A DNA stretch of 64,000 bases from NCBI GenBank assembly GCA_016124275.1, contig WGOA01000014.1, positions 71,833 to 135,832 on the forward strand, read 5' to 3'. Of this stretch, positions 17,322-27,843 are shown one piece after another. A program made the position numbers and the translations under genes. The notes under the pieces are model-generated. The model did not search any database. It saw nothing but the letters and a program-made list of their open reading frames with translations, and was not told the origin of the DNA. Position 1 is the stretch's first letter; each line of letters starts with the position of its first letter. Source of the stretch: Bacteroidota bacterium. GTDB lineage: Bacteria; Bacteroidota; Bacteroidia; Chitinophagales; BACL12.

Positions 17322-18308
17322 TTACAAGAAGCAATTCAAACTTCGGGCAAGGTCCAGCATAGCTGGGCTGATGTCCTGGTTGTGTTTGATGGCTTGTTCA
17401 AAAGGGGTGAAAACCAGGTCCATGTTCTGGATCCCGGCCATGCAGCCCCGCTCCCCCTGAAGCAGGCCCTTGACCGCGCCAACCCCCACCCGGGTCGCCA
17501 GGACGCGGTCGGCGCAGGAGGGAGCCCCCCCCCGCTGAATATGCCCGATAATGGTAACCCGCGTATCGTATTTATTGAACTTCTCTTTGACTTTTTGGGC
17601 CACTTCCATGGCCCCCCCCTGATCGTCGCCTTCTGCCACCACCACAATGCTGGAGCTGTGGGTAACGTGCCCGTTGTCCAGGTGGCGGATGAGCGCATCC
17701 ACATCGGTTTTGCTTTCGGGAATGAGAATGGCTTCTGCACCCCCGGCAATGCCGGCATTGATGGCAATGAAGCCCGCATCACGTCCCATTACCTCCACAA
17801 AGAACAGGCGGTTGTGCGAGGCAGCAGTGTCCCGGATTTTGTCAATGGCTTCCATGGCGGTGTTCAGCGCCGTGTCGTAACCGATGGTATAATCGGTGCC
17901 GTAAAGGTCGTTGTCAATGGTGCCGGCTGTGCCAACGATGGGAAGGTCGTATTCTTCGCCAAAGATTTTGGCCCCGGTAAAGGTGCCGTCCCCGCCAATG
18001 ACCACGAGCCCGTCAATGCCCGCTTCAACCAGCTTTGCGTGCGCCACGGCCCGCCACTCGGGCTGATGAAAACGCGGGCTTCGGGCAGTTTTCAGGATGG
18101 TTCCGCCGCGCTGAATGATGTTGCTGACATCGTGGTGGAGCATGGGCCGAAACAGCCCTTCGATCATGCCCTCATAGCCGCTTTGAATGCCAACAGCTTC
18201 GCAACCGTTGGCAAGTGCTGAGCGGACAACAGCGCGGATACAGGCATTCATGCCCGGCGAATCGCCGCCTGATGTGAGCACTCCGATTTTCTTTATACTT
18301 GCAGCCAT
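17322..18308 (-). CDS. pfkA: ATP-dependent 6-phosphofructokinase
   Basis: 328 aa with KIGVLTSGGDSPGMNACIRAVVR, VIGGDGT, TIDNDL and IGHIQRGG, all canonical PfkA motifs. Confidence 0.93.
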   Translation of the reverse strand: MAASIKKIGVLTSGGDSPGMNACIRAVVRSALANGCEAVGIQSGYEGMIEGLFRPMLHHDVSNIIQRGGTILKTARSPRFHQPEWRAVAHAKLVEAGIDGLVVIGGDGTFTGAKIFGEEYDLPIVGTAGTIDNDLYGTDYTIGYDTALNTAMEAIDKIRDTAASHNRLFFVEVMGRDAGFIAINAGIAGGAEAILIPESKTDVDALIRHLDNGHVTHSSSIVVVAEGDDQGGAMEVAQKVKEKFNKYDTRVTIIGHIQRGGAPSCADRVLATRVGVGAVKGLLQGERGCMAGIQNMDLVFTPFEQAIKHNQDISPAMLDLARSLNCFL

Positions 18309-18381
18309 GCTGGTAGAGTCTTGTTTGCGCGCCGGCCCGCGTTTTTTGCGATTTTCCGGGGCGCACTAAGGTACTAAAAAC

Positions 18382-20448
18382 ATGCAGCTTGCCCAGATAG
18401 ACTGGTTCGTCCTCGGCGCATTTTTGCTCCTGACCCTTGCTATTGGATTTTCCTACACCCGAAGTTCAGGCCGGAGCCTGACGGCTTTTTTTCTCGGGGG
18501 CAGAAATCTTCCGTGGTACATCGCCGGCCTCTCCATGGTGGCTACCACTTTTGCCGCAGATACGCCGCTGGCGGTGGCGGACCTGACGGCCACCTCGGGT
18601 ATCAGCGGCAACTGGCTGTGGTGGAACATGCTTTTTGGCGGCCTGCTGACCACCTTTTTCTTTGCCCGTTTGTGGCGAAGGGCCAATGTGCTCACCGAAG
18701 TGGAATTCATTGAATTGCGTTACACTGGACCGATTGCCGCCTTTTTGCGCGGCTTCAAGGCCATTTACCTGGGCGTTTTCCTCAATGTGCTGGTTATTGG
18801 TTGGGTCAGCCAGGCCATGGTCACCATTTTGCAGGTGTTCCTGGGCATCGACCAACAAAGCGGCTTGTTGCTGACGTTTGGCCTGATGGCGTTCACGGCC
18901 TTTTATTCCGCATTTGCCGGACTTAAAGGCATAGCGGTCACCGACGGGCTTCAATTTCTTTTGGCTATGGGCGGCACCACCGCGCTGGCCTTTCTGGTCA
19001 TACGCAGTCCGGAAATCGGGGGAATGGCCGGCTTGCGCGAAGCGATGCCCGAGGTTGCGCTCAACTTTTTTCCGCGAATTGGCAGCGGGGGACTTCCTGC
19101 TGTCGATGGAGGAGCCACCGGTACCGGACCGGATGCGGGGACCATGTTGTCCATCGGGGCGGGGGCCTTTCTGGCCAGAGTCGGGATGCAGTGGTGGGCC
19201 AGTTGGTACCCTGGGGCGGAGCCGGGGGGTGGGGGCTACGTGGCACAGCGCATGATGAGTGTGCGCAGTGAGCGCGATTCGGTTTGGGCAACGCTTTTCT
19301 TTAACGTTGCGCATTACTGCTTGCGCCCATGGCCCTGGATTCTGGTTGGTCTGGCCGCTATCTCGCTGTACAGTGTAGAGCGGAACCTGCCTGCGGACGA
19401 TTTGGGGCTCCACGCCCGCCAGCTCATTAAAGATGGAGCCGAGAGCACCTGGCTGGCCTTGGATGCGGATGCCCTCCGGGAATTGGCACAAAGCAATGCC
19501 AAAGCAGCCGCGTTGCTCCCCGAATTGTTAGCCGTTTCAGCCGATTTACAGGCGCGGGGGAAAACCGATGTCCTGTTGGGCCAGGCCCTGGACTACCAGC
19601 AAAACAAGCAACTGGGTTATGTCTTTGCCATGAAGGATTTTCTGCCTGTTGGGCTTACCGGTTTGCTGTTGGCTTCGTTTTTGGCCGCGTTTATGAGCAC
19701 CATTTCCACGCAACTGAATTGGGGATCAAGTTACCTGGTCCACGATTTGTACGCCCGTTTCCTGAACAAGCAGCCCGACAGCGATGCGCGCGACAAACAC
19801 CTGGTCTGGGTGGCGCGTCTGTCAACCCTGGGGTTAATGCTCCTCTCGCTGGGGGTTGCCGCTTCGTTTGACAGCATTACGGCCATCTGGTTTTTCCTTA
19901 TAGAATGCGGCGCAGGCTTAGGGCTGGTGCTGATTTTGCGCTGGTACTGGTGGCGAATCAATGCCACAGCAGAGCTTACCGCTACGGTGTCTTCTATCGT
20001 TTACTTTGCCATCTCTCGCAGCATGGGGCTGGAATTTCCGCAGAGTTTTCTGTTCATTGTTGGAGCAACCACCCTAACCTGGTTGGGAGCCATGTTGCTG
20101 AGCGCACCGGAGTCGCGGGCTCATTTGGAAGCCTTTGTGCACCGGGTAAAACCAGACGGAGCCTGGGCACCGGTAAGGCGGAGCGCAGGAGTGAGTGCCC
20201 CGAAAACCAATCTTTGGGCGCTGGGTGCGGCCTGGTTGTGCGCCGTTGGTTTTACCTATTCAGCGTTGTTTTTCTCGGGCTCCTGGATTTTGGGTATTCC
20301 GGGAGTGTTGCCATATGGGCTCAGTGCCCTCGGTTTTGCGAGCCTACTGGTGCTTTTGGCCAAGCGTTTCCGAATCTTTGAGCACAGCCAAACCGAGGCA
20401 GAAGTTAACGTGCGTTCGGAAGAACCTGCTTCACACCAAGCGCCATGA
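18382..20448 (+). CDS. sodium:solute symporter family transporter
   Basis: 688 aa with many predicted TM helices. FFLGGRNLPWYIAGLSMVATTFAADTPL is a typical SSF N-terminus. An ~80-aa hydrophilic insertion lies at aa 331-412. Confidence 0.75.
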   Translation: MQLAQIDWFVLGAFLLLTLAIGFSYTRSSGRSLTAFFLGGRNLPWYIAGLSMVATTFAADTPLAVADLTATSGISGNWLWWNMLFGGLLTTFFFARLWRRANVLTEVEFIELRYTGPIAAFLRGFKAIYLGVFLNVLVIGWVSQAMVTILQVFLGIDQQSGLLLTFGLMAFTAFYSAFAGLKGIAVTDGLQFLLAMGGTTALAFLVIRSPEIGGMAGLREAMPEVALNFFPRIGSGGLPAVDGGATGTGPDAGTMLSIGAGAFLARVGMQWWASWYPGAEPGGGGYVAQRMMSVRSERDSVWATLFFNVAHYCLRPWPWILVGLAAISLYSVERNLPADDLGLHARQLIKDGAESTWLALDADALRELAQSNAKAAALLPELLAVSADLQARGKTDVLLGQALDYQQNKQLGYVFAMKDFLPVGLTGLLLASFLAAFMSTISTQLNWGSSYLVHDLYARFLNKQPDSDARDKHLVWVARLSTLGLMLLSLGVAASFDSITAIWFFLIECGAGLGLVLILRWYWWRINATAELTATVSSIVYFAISRSMGLEFPQSFLFIVGATTLTWLGAMLLSAPESRAHLEAFVHRVKPDGAWAPVRRSAGVSAPKTNLWALGAAWLCAVGFTYSALFFSGSWILGIPGVLPYGLSALGFASLLVLLAKRFRIFEHSQTEAEVNVRSEEPASHQAP

Positions 20449-20567
20449 GCAATTGGAAACCAATGTTTTATGGTGCCCAGCACGAAAATTTTGTCTGGAC
20501 CGCCCTGCGTGGGCTGTTTAACACCGTGGCAAGCCAACAGAATGGGACGCAAACACGAGCAAGTAAG

Positions 20568-22307
20568 ATGATGTTAACGAAACGATCCTTGCGTTACATA
20601 ACATTATTTATGTTATGTACAACATTTTATTTATTATCCATTGAAAAGGTTATTGCTCAATCTGTTTATATGCCCGGAGGTAGCCGCGCGCAACACTTGA
20701 TTGATCGGGTAGAAATCCGTTCGGGCAATCTGGATGGCCGCCTGCACACGGCATTTAAACCTTATCGCGCGCTGGACGTGTTGGAGTATGCCCGCTATGC
20801 AGACAGCCTTGGTGTGTTGACCTCCAAAGCAGACGAATTCAATTTTCGCTACCTGTACAACGATCACAACGAGTATGCAACAGGTCTGGATTCAGGGCTG
20901 TTCCGCAGCTCAGAAAAGCCTGTATTGCGCTACTTCTACCGGGAGCCGGCCAGCCTGTTGCAGGTGGATGTGCCGGCCTTCGACTTGCGCATAAACCCGG
21001 TATTGCAACTGGAGCTGGGCATGGAGTCCGGCCAGGACGACTTTAGGTACCTCAACAGCCGCGGCGCTGAATTGCGAGGTCGCGTGGATAATAAGGTAGC
21101 TTTTTATCTGGTGGTAACCGAAAACCAGGGGCGTTTTATGCAGCACGTGCAGGATCGTTGGCGTGCGCAAAACCAGGTGATGCCTGGCGAAGGGCGGGGG
21201 AAACCAATCAACGACGATACCCTGCTCTTTGGGGGAGGAGGCATTGACTATTTTGCCGCCAGGGGTTACATCGAATTTCCGGTCACCCGGCACATCCAGG
21301 TGCAGTTTGGGCAGGACAAGAATTTTATTGGCGACGGCTTCCGGTCACTGGTGCTTTCTGATGCGGGCAAGGACTACCTGTTCCTGAAAATCAAAACGCG
21401 GGTCTGGAAGTTCGAATACCAGAATCTCTTTGCAGAAATGGCGGATTACCGCGAGGAAAACATCCGCGACAGTCCTATTCGAAAGAAATACCTGGCTTTT
21501 CACCGGTTGGGGTTGAACATCGGCAAGCAAGCCAATATCGGGCTTTTTGAATCCGTGGTCTTTGGTCCTGTTGATTCAACGGGCCGCACGGGTTTTGATT
21601 TGTATTACCTCAATCCCATCATTTTTTACCGGGCGGTGGAGTTTAACCTGGGCAGCCTGGATAACGTCATGATTGGCATGGACTGGAAATGGAATTTTCT
21701 GGGAGCGGGGCAGTTTTACGGACAGTTTCTATTGGATGAGTTCAATTTTTCGAAATTCCGCGAAGGCGACGGCTGGTGGGCCAATAAATTCGGCTTACAG
21801 GCCGGGTTGAAATACATTGACGCATTTAAAGTGTCCAACTTGGATCTTCAGGCGGAGTTCAACACCGTTCGTCCCTACACCTACGGTCACTTTAACCCGG
21901 TAAGCAGTTACAGCCACTTCGCTCAACCCCTGGCTCATCCTCTGGGCGCAAACTTCCGCGAAGGGGTGGGCGTAATCCGCTACCAGCCGCTGGGTCGGCT
22001 TGAATTGCAGGCGCGCATCATTGCTGCTGCTTATGGCAGCGACACGGGTGCCAGCAATTGGGGGGGCAACATCTTTTTGGACAACGATGACTTTGAACAG
22101 GAATTTGGCAACCAGATCGGGCAAGGAGTCCCGGTCAACTTGTTCATGGTGGATGCCACAGCTTCGTGGCAATTGTTCCACGACTTTTTTATCGATTTGC
22201 GGTTGATTCGCAGGCAGGAAGACCATGCCTTAAAGGGCCAGCAGGCTTCTACATTCTTCGGCGGTGGAATCCGCTGGAACGCAGGCGCAAAATCCTTTGA
22301 CTTTTAA
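20568..22307 (+). CDS. outer-membrane beta-barrel protein (possibly capsule-assembly Wzi / RemB-like)
   Basis: Start set at ATG 20568 (MMLTKRSLRYITLFMLCTTFYLLSIEKVIAQ signal peptide). Aromatic-rich alternating pattern with a C-terminal F. The family label is from memory only. Confidence 0.6.
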   Translation: MMLTKRSLRYITLFMLCTTFYLLSIEKVIAQSVYMPGGSRAQHLIDRVEIRSGNLDGRLHTAFKPYRALDVLEYARYADSLGVLTSKADEFNFRYLYNDHNEYATGLDSGLFRSSEKPVLRYFYREPASLLQVDVPAFDLRINPVLQLELGMESGQDDFRYLNSRGAELRGRVDNKVAFYLVVTENQGRFMQHVQDRWRAQNQVMPGEGRGKPINDDTLLFGGGGIDYFAARGYIEFPVTRHIQVQFGQDKNFIGDGFRSLVLSDAGKDYLFLKIKTRVWKFEYQNLFAEMADYREENIRDSPIRKKYLAFHRLGLNIGKQANIGLFESVVFGPVDSTGRTGFDLYYLNPIIFYRAVEFNLGSLDNVMIGMDWKWNFLGAGQFYGQFLLDEFNFSKFREGDGWWANKFGLQAGLKYIDAFKVSNLDLQAEFNTVRPYTYGHFNPVSSYSHFAQPLAHPLGANFREGVGVIRYQPLGRLELQARIIAAAYGSDTGASNWGGNIFLDNDDFEQEFGNQIGQGVPVNLFMVDATASWQLFHDFFIDLRLIRRQEDHALKGQQASTFFGGGIRWNAGAKSFDF

Positions 22308-22316
22308 GGGTGCAGC

Positions 22317-22652
22317 TTAGAGCCCCTGCTTGATTTCCACAAGAAACTCCCGGATCTTTTTGAGTTGTTGCACGACTTCAAAATTGACCACGGTCTCCTC
22401 TTTGTTTTCCTTCAATTTAAGCTTGGCGCCTTTGAGGGTAAAGCCCCTTTCTTTGACCAGGTGGAAAATAAGGTGGAGGTTGTCCACGTCTTTTTGGGTA
22501 AAGAATCGGTCGCCTTTTTTATTCTTCTTGGGCTTGAGGATGTCAAACTCGCTTTCCCAAAAGCGAATCAGTGACGTTGAAACCTGGAACATCCGGGCCA
22601 CCTCGCCGATGGAGTAATACAGTTTCGTTATTTCCTTTTCCTTGTAAGGCAT
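22317..22652 (-). CDS. MerR-family transcriptional regulator (small, no obvious effector domain)
   Basis: 111 aa. YYSIGEVARMFQVSTSLIRFWESEF is a MerR helix-turn-helix. Lies downstream of the M23 peptidase gene on the same strand. Confidence 0.8.
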   Translation of the reverse strand: MPYKEKEITKLYYSIGEVARMFQVSTSLIRFWESEFDILKPKKNKKGDRFFTQKDVDNLHLIFHLVKERGFTLKGAKLKLKENKEETVVNFEVVQQLKKIREFLVEIKQGL

Positions 22653-22697
22653 GCTTTTATCGTTCGGCGGTTAATCGGTTGTTTTCATGGATAAGGA

Positions 22698-23666
22698 TTA
22701 GTCGAACGACTGGTTGGCCTTATTAGCCAATTCAATAACGGTGGCGTATTCTTCGTCGGTCAGGTCATTGTAGAAGAAGTTGATGGGGTCCACTTTGACC
22801 CCCTCTTTAAGCACTTCGTAATGCAAATGGGGCGCAGTTGATGTTCCGGTATTGCCCACCAGGCCGATCACCCCTCCGCGTTTGACGCGCTGCCCAACCC
22901 GACACTGAAAGCTCTTGAGGTGGGCATAGCGGGTGCGGTAACCAAAGCCGTGCGCTATTTCGACCATGTTGCCATAGCCTTGTTCAAATTCGACCTTGGT
23001 AACCACACCGTTGCCAGTGGCGTGTACCGGCGTACCTGTCGTTGCCGAGAAATCCAGCCCCTCGTGCATCTTCTGCGTTTTGTAGATGGGGTGAATCCGC
23101 ATACCAAAGCCGGAGGCGATACGGGTCAGGTCATCGTTGGCTATAGGTTGAATGGCTGGTATATGCTGCAGCATGTCTTCTTTTTCCTCAATAAGGCGCG
23201 CAATCTCATCGTAGGATTTGGACTGCGTGACCAATTGCCGCTTGAGCAACTCAATCTGGAGCATATTGCGCTTGATGATTTGGCCGTTCTCGTAATTGTT
23301 CAGCCGTTTAAAGCGCTCACTGCCTCCGATACCCGACATGCGCATGCCTGCTGAGACAGGTTCTGCTTCGAAAATAACGCGGTAGATATTGTTGTCGCGC
23401 TCTTGAAGTTTTTCGAGCACATAGCTCAACGTGTCCAGCTCCCGCTCCATGAGATCATATTCCAGCCGCAATCGGGCAATCTCCTGTTTGAGAAAACGGT
23501 CTTTGGGCGAATCGAGAAAAGAAAAAGCGGCGAAAACGATCAGGCCTGCCGAAAAGAGTGTAGCGCACAAAAACCCAAAGGCGCGCAATGCCCAGGTGCG
23601 AAACGAGCGCTCGATGCGCTCAAAACGCAACGTGGATGGATTATAATAATATTTTACCTTTTTCAC
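22698..23666 (-). CDS. membrane-anchored M23 metallopeptidase with coiled-coil region
   Basis: 322 aa with an N-terminal TM helix (LRAFGFLCATLFSAGLIVFAAFSF). M23 motifs HEGLDF and GNTGTSTAPHLHYEV. Confidence 0.85.
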   Translation of the reverse strand: MKKVKYYYNPSTLRFERIERSFRTWALRAFGFLCATLFSAGLIVFAAFSFLDSPKDRFLKQEIARLRLEYDLMERELDTLSYVLEKLQERDNNIYRVIFEAEPVSAGMRMSGIGGSERFKRLNNYENGQIIKRNMLQIELLKRQLVTQSKSYDEIARLIEEKEDMLQHIPAIQPIANDDLTRIASGFGMRIHPIYKTQKMHEGLDFSATTGTPVHATGNGVVTKVEFEQGYGNMVEIAHGFGYRTRYAHLKSFQCRVGQRVKRGGVIGLVGNTGTSTAPHLHYEVLKEGVKVDPINFFYNDLTDEEYATVIELANKANQSFD

Positions 23667-23883
23667 ACCTTACAAAACCGTTAACGTCGCCCTTCAGACG
23701 CTTCCGGAAAATCGCAGAAATTGCGGAAGCACGAAATGCTGCTAAGCAGGCGGTTGTGCTCGGAACTGCTAACTTTACCCGCCGGAAAACAGGCGGGTGT
23801 ATCGCCCCGGAATGGCTACGAAGATAACCACCGGGCGTTAATAGCGCGATTCACCTTTTCCACAAGTTTCCCCCCGATAATCC

Positions 23884-26529
23884 ATGCAGTCCCAAGCCAT
23901 TAGACAAGCCTTCCTCGACTTTTTCAGAAGCAAGGGCCACGACATTGTCGCCTCTGCCCCAATTGTCGTGCAACACGACCCCACGCTGTTGTTTACCAAC
24001 GCGGGCATGAATCCCTTCAAGGACATCTTTTTGGGCAACCGCGAGGCGGTGGAAAAACGCGTAGCAGACACGCAAAAGTGTTTGCGGGTTTCTGGCAAGC
24101 ACAACGATTTGGAGGAAGTGGGCGTAGATACCTACCACCACACCATGTTCGAGATGCTGGGCAACTGGTCCTTTGGCGATTATTTCAAAACCGAAGCCAT
24201 TGATTGGGCGTGGGAATTGCTTACGTCCGTGTACGGCATTGATCCGGACCGCATCTACGTGACCGTTTTCGAAGGCGACCAAACCGATAAGCTGGCACCC
24301 GACGACGAGGCTGCGCAATTGTGGGCCAAGCACCTTCCCCCGAACCGGATTTTGCGCTTTGGCAAAAAGGACAATTTCTGGGAAATGGGTGATACCGGCC
24401 CCTGCGGGCCTTGCAGCGAATTGCACGTTGACATGCGCAATGAGGCTGATCGTCAGGCTATTGCAGGAGCAACGCTGGTTAACAACGACCACCCCCAGGT
24501 CATTGAAATCTGGAACCTGGTGTTCATTCAGTTTAACCGAATGGCCGATGGCAGCCTGCAAGACCTTCCCGCCCGACACGTGGACACCGGCATGGGGTTT
24601 GAGCGGCTCAGCATGGTGCTTCAGAACGTGCAAAGCACTTACGATACCGACGTTTTTGCCCCCTTGTTGCGAAAATTGGAGCACATCAGCGGGCATCAAT
24701 ATGCAGCGGACCCCAGAACGGACATCGCCATGCGGGTTATTGTGGACCATATCCGGGCGGTTTCGTTCACTATTGCCGACGGCCAGTTGCCGGGCAACAC
24801 GGGAGCGGGTTATGTGATTCGGCGCATCCTGCGGCGTGCAGTGCGCTACGGGTACAGCTATTTGGGCCTGGATGAGCCGTTTTTCCACAAGTTGGTGCCC
24901 GTTTTGGCGGCACAATTGAAGGACGCCTTTCCCGAATTGGCCCAACAGCAGGACCTGGTCGGACGGGTAATTCAGGAAGAGGAAATCAGTTTTCTGCGCA
25001 CGCTTTCTGAAGGGTTGAAACGGTTGGATCACCTGGGCAAGCAGCTGGCCGAAGCTGGAACCGGCACCCTGGATGGCGTTACGGCTTTTGAACTGTACGA
25101 CACGTTTGGGTTTCCGCTGGACCTGACGCGGCTTGTGGCTGCAGAGAAGGGGCTGCAGGTGGACGAAGCGGGATTCGAACGAGAAATGGCTGCCCAAAAA
25201 GCCCGTTCGCGCTCAGCGGCAGAATCGGAGACCTCCGATTGGATCCGGTTGCAGCCCAGTGACCGGATGCAATTCGTCGGCTATGACCAGTTAGCGGCAG
25301 AATCCCGTTTGGTGATGTACCGGCAGGTTGAGCACAAAAAGAAGGTTTCTTACCAATTGGTGCTGGACCGCACGCCTTTTTACGCGGAGAGCGGCGGCCA
25401 GATCGGCGATCAGGGCACGCTAAACTTCGGAAAGGAAACGCTTAGCGTGCTGGACACCCGCAAGGAGAACGACCTGATCATTCACCTGGTGGAGAAGTTG
25501 CCCGCTCAGCCGGATGCCAGCGTGCTTGCGGCCGTGGACCGCGAACGGCGTTCCCTGACCGCGGCCAACCACTCCGCCACGCACCTGCTTCACGCAGCGC
25601 TCAAGGAAGTATTGGGCAATCATGTTGCGCAGAAAGGATCCTACGTCGGTCCGGATCGCCTGCGCTTTGACTTCAGCCATTTTAGCAAACTGAGCGGGGA
25701 TGAATTGGCCCGGGTGGAACAAATCGTCAACGCGCGTATTCGTGCAGACATCGCCCTGGACGAGCGCCGCGAGGTACCGATGGACGAAGCGGTTGCCATG
25801 GGCGCCACGGCGCTGTTTGGCGAAAAGTACGGCGATCGCGTGCGGGTGATCACGTTTGATCCCGAGTTTAGCCGGGAGCTCTGCGGGGGAACGCATGTGC
25901 GCGCTACGGGCAACATCGGCGCGTTTAAGCTTGTGGCAGAGTCCGCCGTTGCAGCGGGCATCCGGCGCATTGAAGCCATAACCGGCCCTGCGGTAGAGGC
26001 GTGGATGGACGAGCGCTTAACCTTGCTGGCCAGCCTGGGCGATTTGCTCAAGACCCCCGATCTGGTCAAGGGTGTGCAAAAACTCCAGGACGAAAATGCC
26101 AGCTTGCGCAAGTTGGCGGGCGAAGGGGCACAGGTGCAATTGACCAAGTTGCGGGACAGCCTCCGGGCTTCTGCCGTTGAAAGGGATGGCGTTCAATGGA
26201 TAGAAGGTGTGGTGGAAGTGGCCGACGCAGAAGCGCTCAAAACGCTGTCGTATGAGTTGCGGCAGGACCACGCCCGGACGGCCATTGTGTTGGGTGCTGA
26301 ACTGGACGGCAAGGCGTTGCTCAGCATTATGCTCAGCGATGCGTTGGTGCAGGATCAGGGATGGAATGCCGCCCAGAGTATTCGCGAGGCCGCCCGGAGC
26401 ATCCAGGGGGGCGGGGGGGGACAACCCTTTTACGCTACCGCCGGTGGCAAAAAACCAGAGGGCTTGGAAGCGGCGGTTAAAGCCGCCATAAGCCACTTGC
26501 GTGAAACCAAGGCAACTGCTTCAAAATGA
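23884..26529 (+). CDS. alaS: alanyl-tRNA synthetase
   Basis: 881 aa with FLDFFRSKGH, FTNAGMNPFKD, WNLVFIQFNR and the editing-site strings HSATHLL and CGGTH. Confidence 0.95.
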   Translation: MQSQAIRQAFLDFFRSKGHDIVASAPIVVQHDPTLLFTNAGMNPFKDIFLGNREAVEKRVADTQKCLRVSGKHNDLEEVGVDTYHHTMFEMLGNWSFGDYFKTEAIDWAWELLTSVYGIDPDRIYVTVFEGDQTDKLAPDDEAAQLWAKHLPPNRILRFGKKDNFWEMGDTGPCGPCSELHVDMRNEADRQAIAGATLVNNDHPQVIEIWNLVFIQFNRMADGSLQDLPARHVDTGMGFERLSMVLQNVQSTYDTDVFAPLLRKLEHISGHQYAADPRTDIAMRVIVDHIRAVSFTIADGQLPGNTGAGYVIRRILRRAVRYGYSYLGLDEPFFHKLVPVLAAQLKDAFPELAQQQDLVGRVIQEEEISFLRTLSEGLKRLDHLGKQLAEAGTGTLDGVTAFELYDTFGFPLDLTRLVAAEKGLQVDEAGFEREMAAQKARSRSAAESETSDWIRLQPSDRMQFVGYDQLAAESRLVMYRQVEHKKKVSYQLVLDRTPFYAESGGQIGDQGTLNFGKETLSVLDTRKENDLIIHLVEKLPAQPDASVLAAVDRERRSLTAANHSATHLLHAALKEVLGNHVAQKGSYVGPDRLRFDFSHFSKLSGDELARVEQIVNARIRADIALDERREVPMDEAVAMGATALFGEKYGDRVRVITFDPEFSRELCGGTHVRATGNIGAFKLVAESAVAAGIRRIEAITGPAVEAWMDERLTLLASLGDLLKTPDLVKGVQKLQDENASLRKLAGEGAQVQLTKLRDSLRASAVERDGVQWIEGVVEVADAEALKTLSYELRQDHARTAIVLGAELDGKALLSIMLSDALVQDQGWNAAQSIREAARSIQGGGGGQPFYATAGGKKPEGLEAAVKAAISHLRETKATASK

Positions 26530-27710
26530 GAATTTTATTTGGCTTTATTTCAGGTTTTAGTTTAATAGCAGCCGCTTTCCTTTTACCCGCTTGCAACGGG
26601 GACGCAACGGTGGCGAGCGTTGCTCCGGATCAATATGCTGTGCAAGTAGATTGGCCAGAAGCTGCCGGTCAGCCTGTGCAACTGGTCCAGGTACGCTACA
26701 ACCGACCCTTGCAGAAAACGCGCATTCTTCTGGATTCAGGTACTGTGGATGCTGAGGGCATGCTCTTGCTCGCGGGCAATTTACCTGAAGCCATTTTAGC
26801 GGAATTAGTGGTCGGTTCGCAGAGCTTGCCCGTGGTGTTGGAGCCCGGCAAGCCTTATCGCATCGCCGCATCCGATGATGCAGTAGAGGGCTTGGTTTGG
26901 AAGCTTCCTTCGGGCGCCGATCGGTTGCGACAATTGAGTGCAGACTGGCAGCGTCAATACATGGAGCTGGCCGAGCTTGGGCTTGCTTACGAAAGGGCCC
27001 TGGCGGGCAATCGGGGCGCTGCGCTGGACAGCCTTCGCCGTTTGCGCGAAGAGGGGGCTACCCGGTATTGGCAAAGCATTCGCGATCTGCTGGACAGCAC
27101 CAGCAATCCCCTTTTGGGTTATTTTGCTGTGGAGTCGTTGGATTGGCCGAGCAATTTTGACGTTATCCGTACTTACTCCAATAAAATGATTGCTCAGGTA
27201 CCCAACTCGGTTTATGCCACCGATTTGCAGAACCGGATTGTGCAGTGGGAAGCTAAACTGGTTACCCAGCAGTCCGGGCTGAATTTGGTAGGCCGGCCAG
27301 CCCCTGAATTGATTGGTACTTCGCCAGACGGCCGCACCATCCGGCTTTCGGACCTTCGCGGGCAAGTGGTCCTGGTCGATTTTTGGGCGTCCTGGTGCGC
27401 CCCATGCAGGCGGGAGAATCCCAACTTAGTGGCCCAATACCGGCGCTACGCCAATCGCGGGTTTACGGTGTTCAGCGTTTCGTTAGATCGGGATGCAGAG
27501 GCCTGGACAAAAGCCATGGCAGCCGACAGTCTGGTTTGGACCCACCATGTCCGCGAAGCCGATTTCGGGGGACCCATGAGCACCGCTTATGGCGTTACAG
27601 CCATTCCGGCGGGCTTTTTGGTCAATGCTCAGGGCACCATAGAAGCCCAAAACATGGAATTGCGCGGCGAGAACCTGGTTCGGCGTTTGGAACTTATCCT
27701 CGGGCCTTAA
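26526..27710 (+). CDS. TlpA-family thiol:disulfide oxidoreductase lipoprotein
   Basis: 394 aa with a lipoprotein signal (AAAFLLPAC). C-terminal thioredoxin fold with VLVDFWASWCAPCRRENP. Its ATG overlaps the alaS stop (ATGA). Confidence 0.8.
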   Translation: MRILFGFISGFSLIAAAFLLPACNGDATVASVAPDQYAVQVDWPEAAGQPVQLVQVRYNRPLQKTRILLDSGTVDAEGMLLLAGNLPEAILAELVVGSQSLPVVLEPGKPYRIAASDDAVEGLVWKLPSGADRLRQLSADWQRQYMELAELGLAYERALAGNRGAALDSLRRLREEGATRYWQSIRDLLDSTSNPLLGYFAVESLDWPSNFDVIRTYSNKMIAQVPNSVYATDLQNRIVQWEAKLVTQQSGLNLVGRPAPELIGTSPDGRTIRLSDLRGQVVLVDFWASWCAPCRRENPNLVAQYRRYANRGFTVFSVSLDRDAEAWTKAMAADSLVWTHHVREADFGGPMSTAYGVTAIPAGFLVNAQGTIEAQNMELRGENLVRRLELILGP

Positions 27711-27843
27711 GTGTTGAATGTTGTGGGGACAACATCCAGCCCATTCCCCCGTTTAAACATCCATTATCGGCGCATACTGACCTAACCGCTTTTGCACGCT
27801 TTGCCTGCGGGACTTGATTTCGCGGGTTTGTTCCCCAGCTTAT

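Noticed and set aside
17525-17533. Long homopolymer tracts that could act as phase-variation switches. These are C9 here and C8 at 17612-17619 in pfkA, G6cG8 at 26406-26420 in alaS, and G7tG8 at 35387-35402 in the OmpA-family gene.
   Set aside because: All are in frame and encode Gly or Pro runs at positions tolerated in these families (GGAP, GGGGGQ, PPPPP). They also sit in essential housekeeping genes, where on/off switching is implausible. They may still be hotspots for sequencing error.
20445-20567. N-terminal extension of the Wzi/RemB-like ORF, whose ATG overlaps the symporter stop. Similar 5' extensions occur in the track ORFs at 7126, 8447, 13293, 40755, 43770, 13507, 6286 and 63792.
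   Set aside because: In each case an internal ATG is followed immediately by a signal peptide or by the conserved family N-terminus. The upstream codons overlap neighbouring genes or are not protein-like.
23851-25197. 448-aa minus-strand ORF antisense to alaS. Similar long antisense ORFs lie opposite ppk1 (2216-3403), purL (40959-42119), hldD (46759-47799), the symporter (18466-19491) and the PurM-like gene (32113-33099, 32292-33260).
   Set aside because: All overlap genes with strong family signatures on the other strand, and their translations are low-complexity and motif-free. I treat them as GC-driven shadow ORFs.
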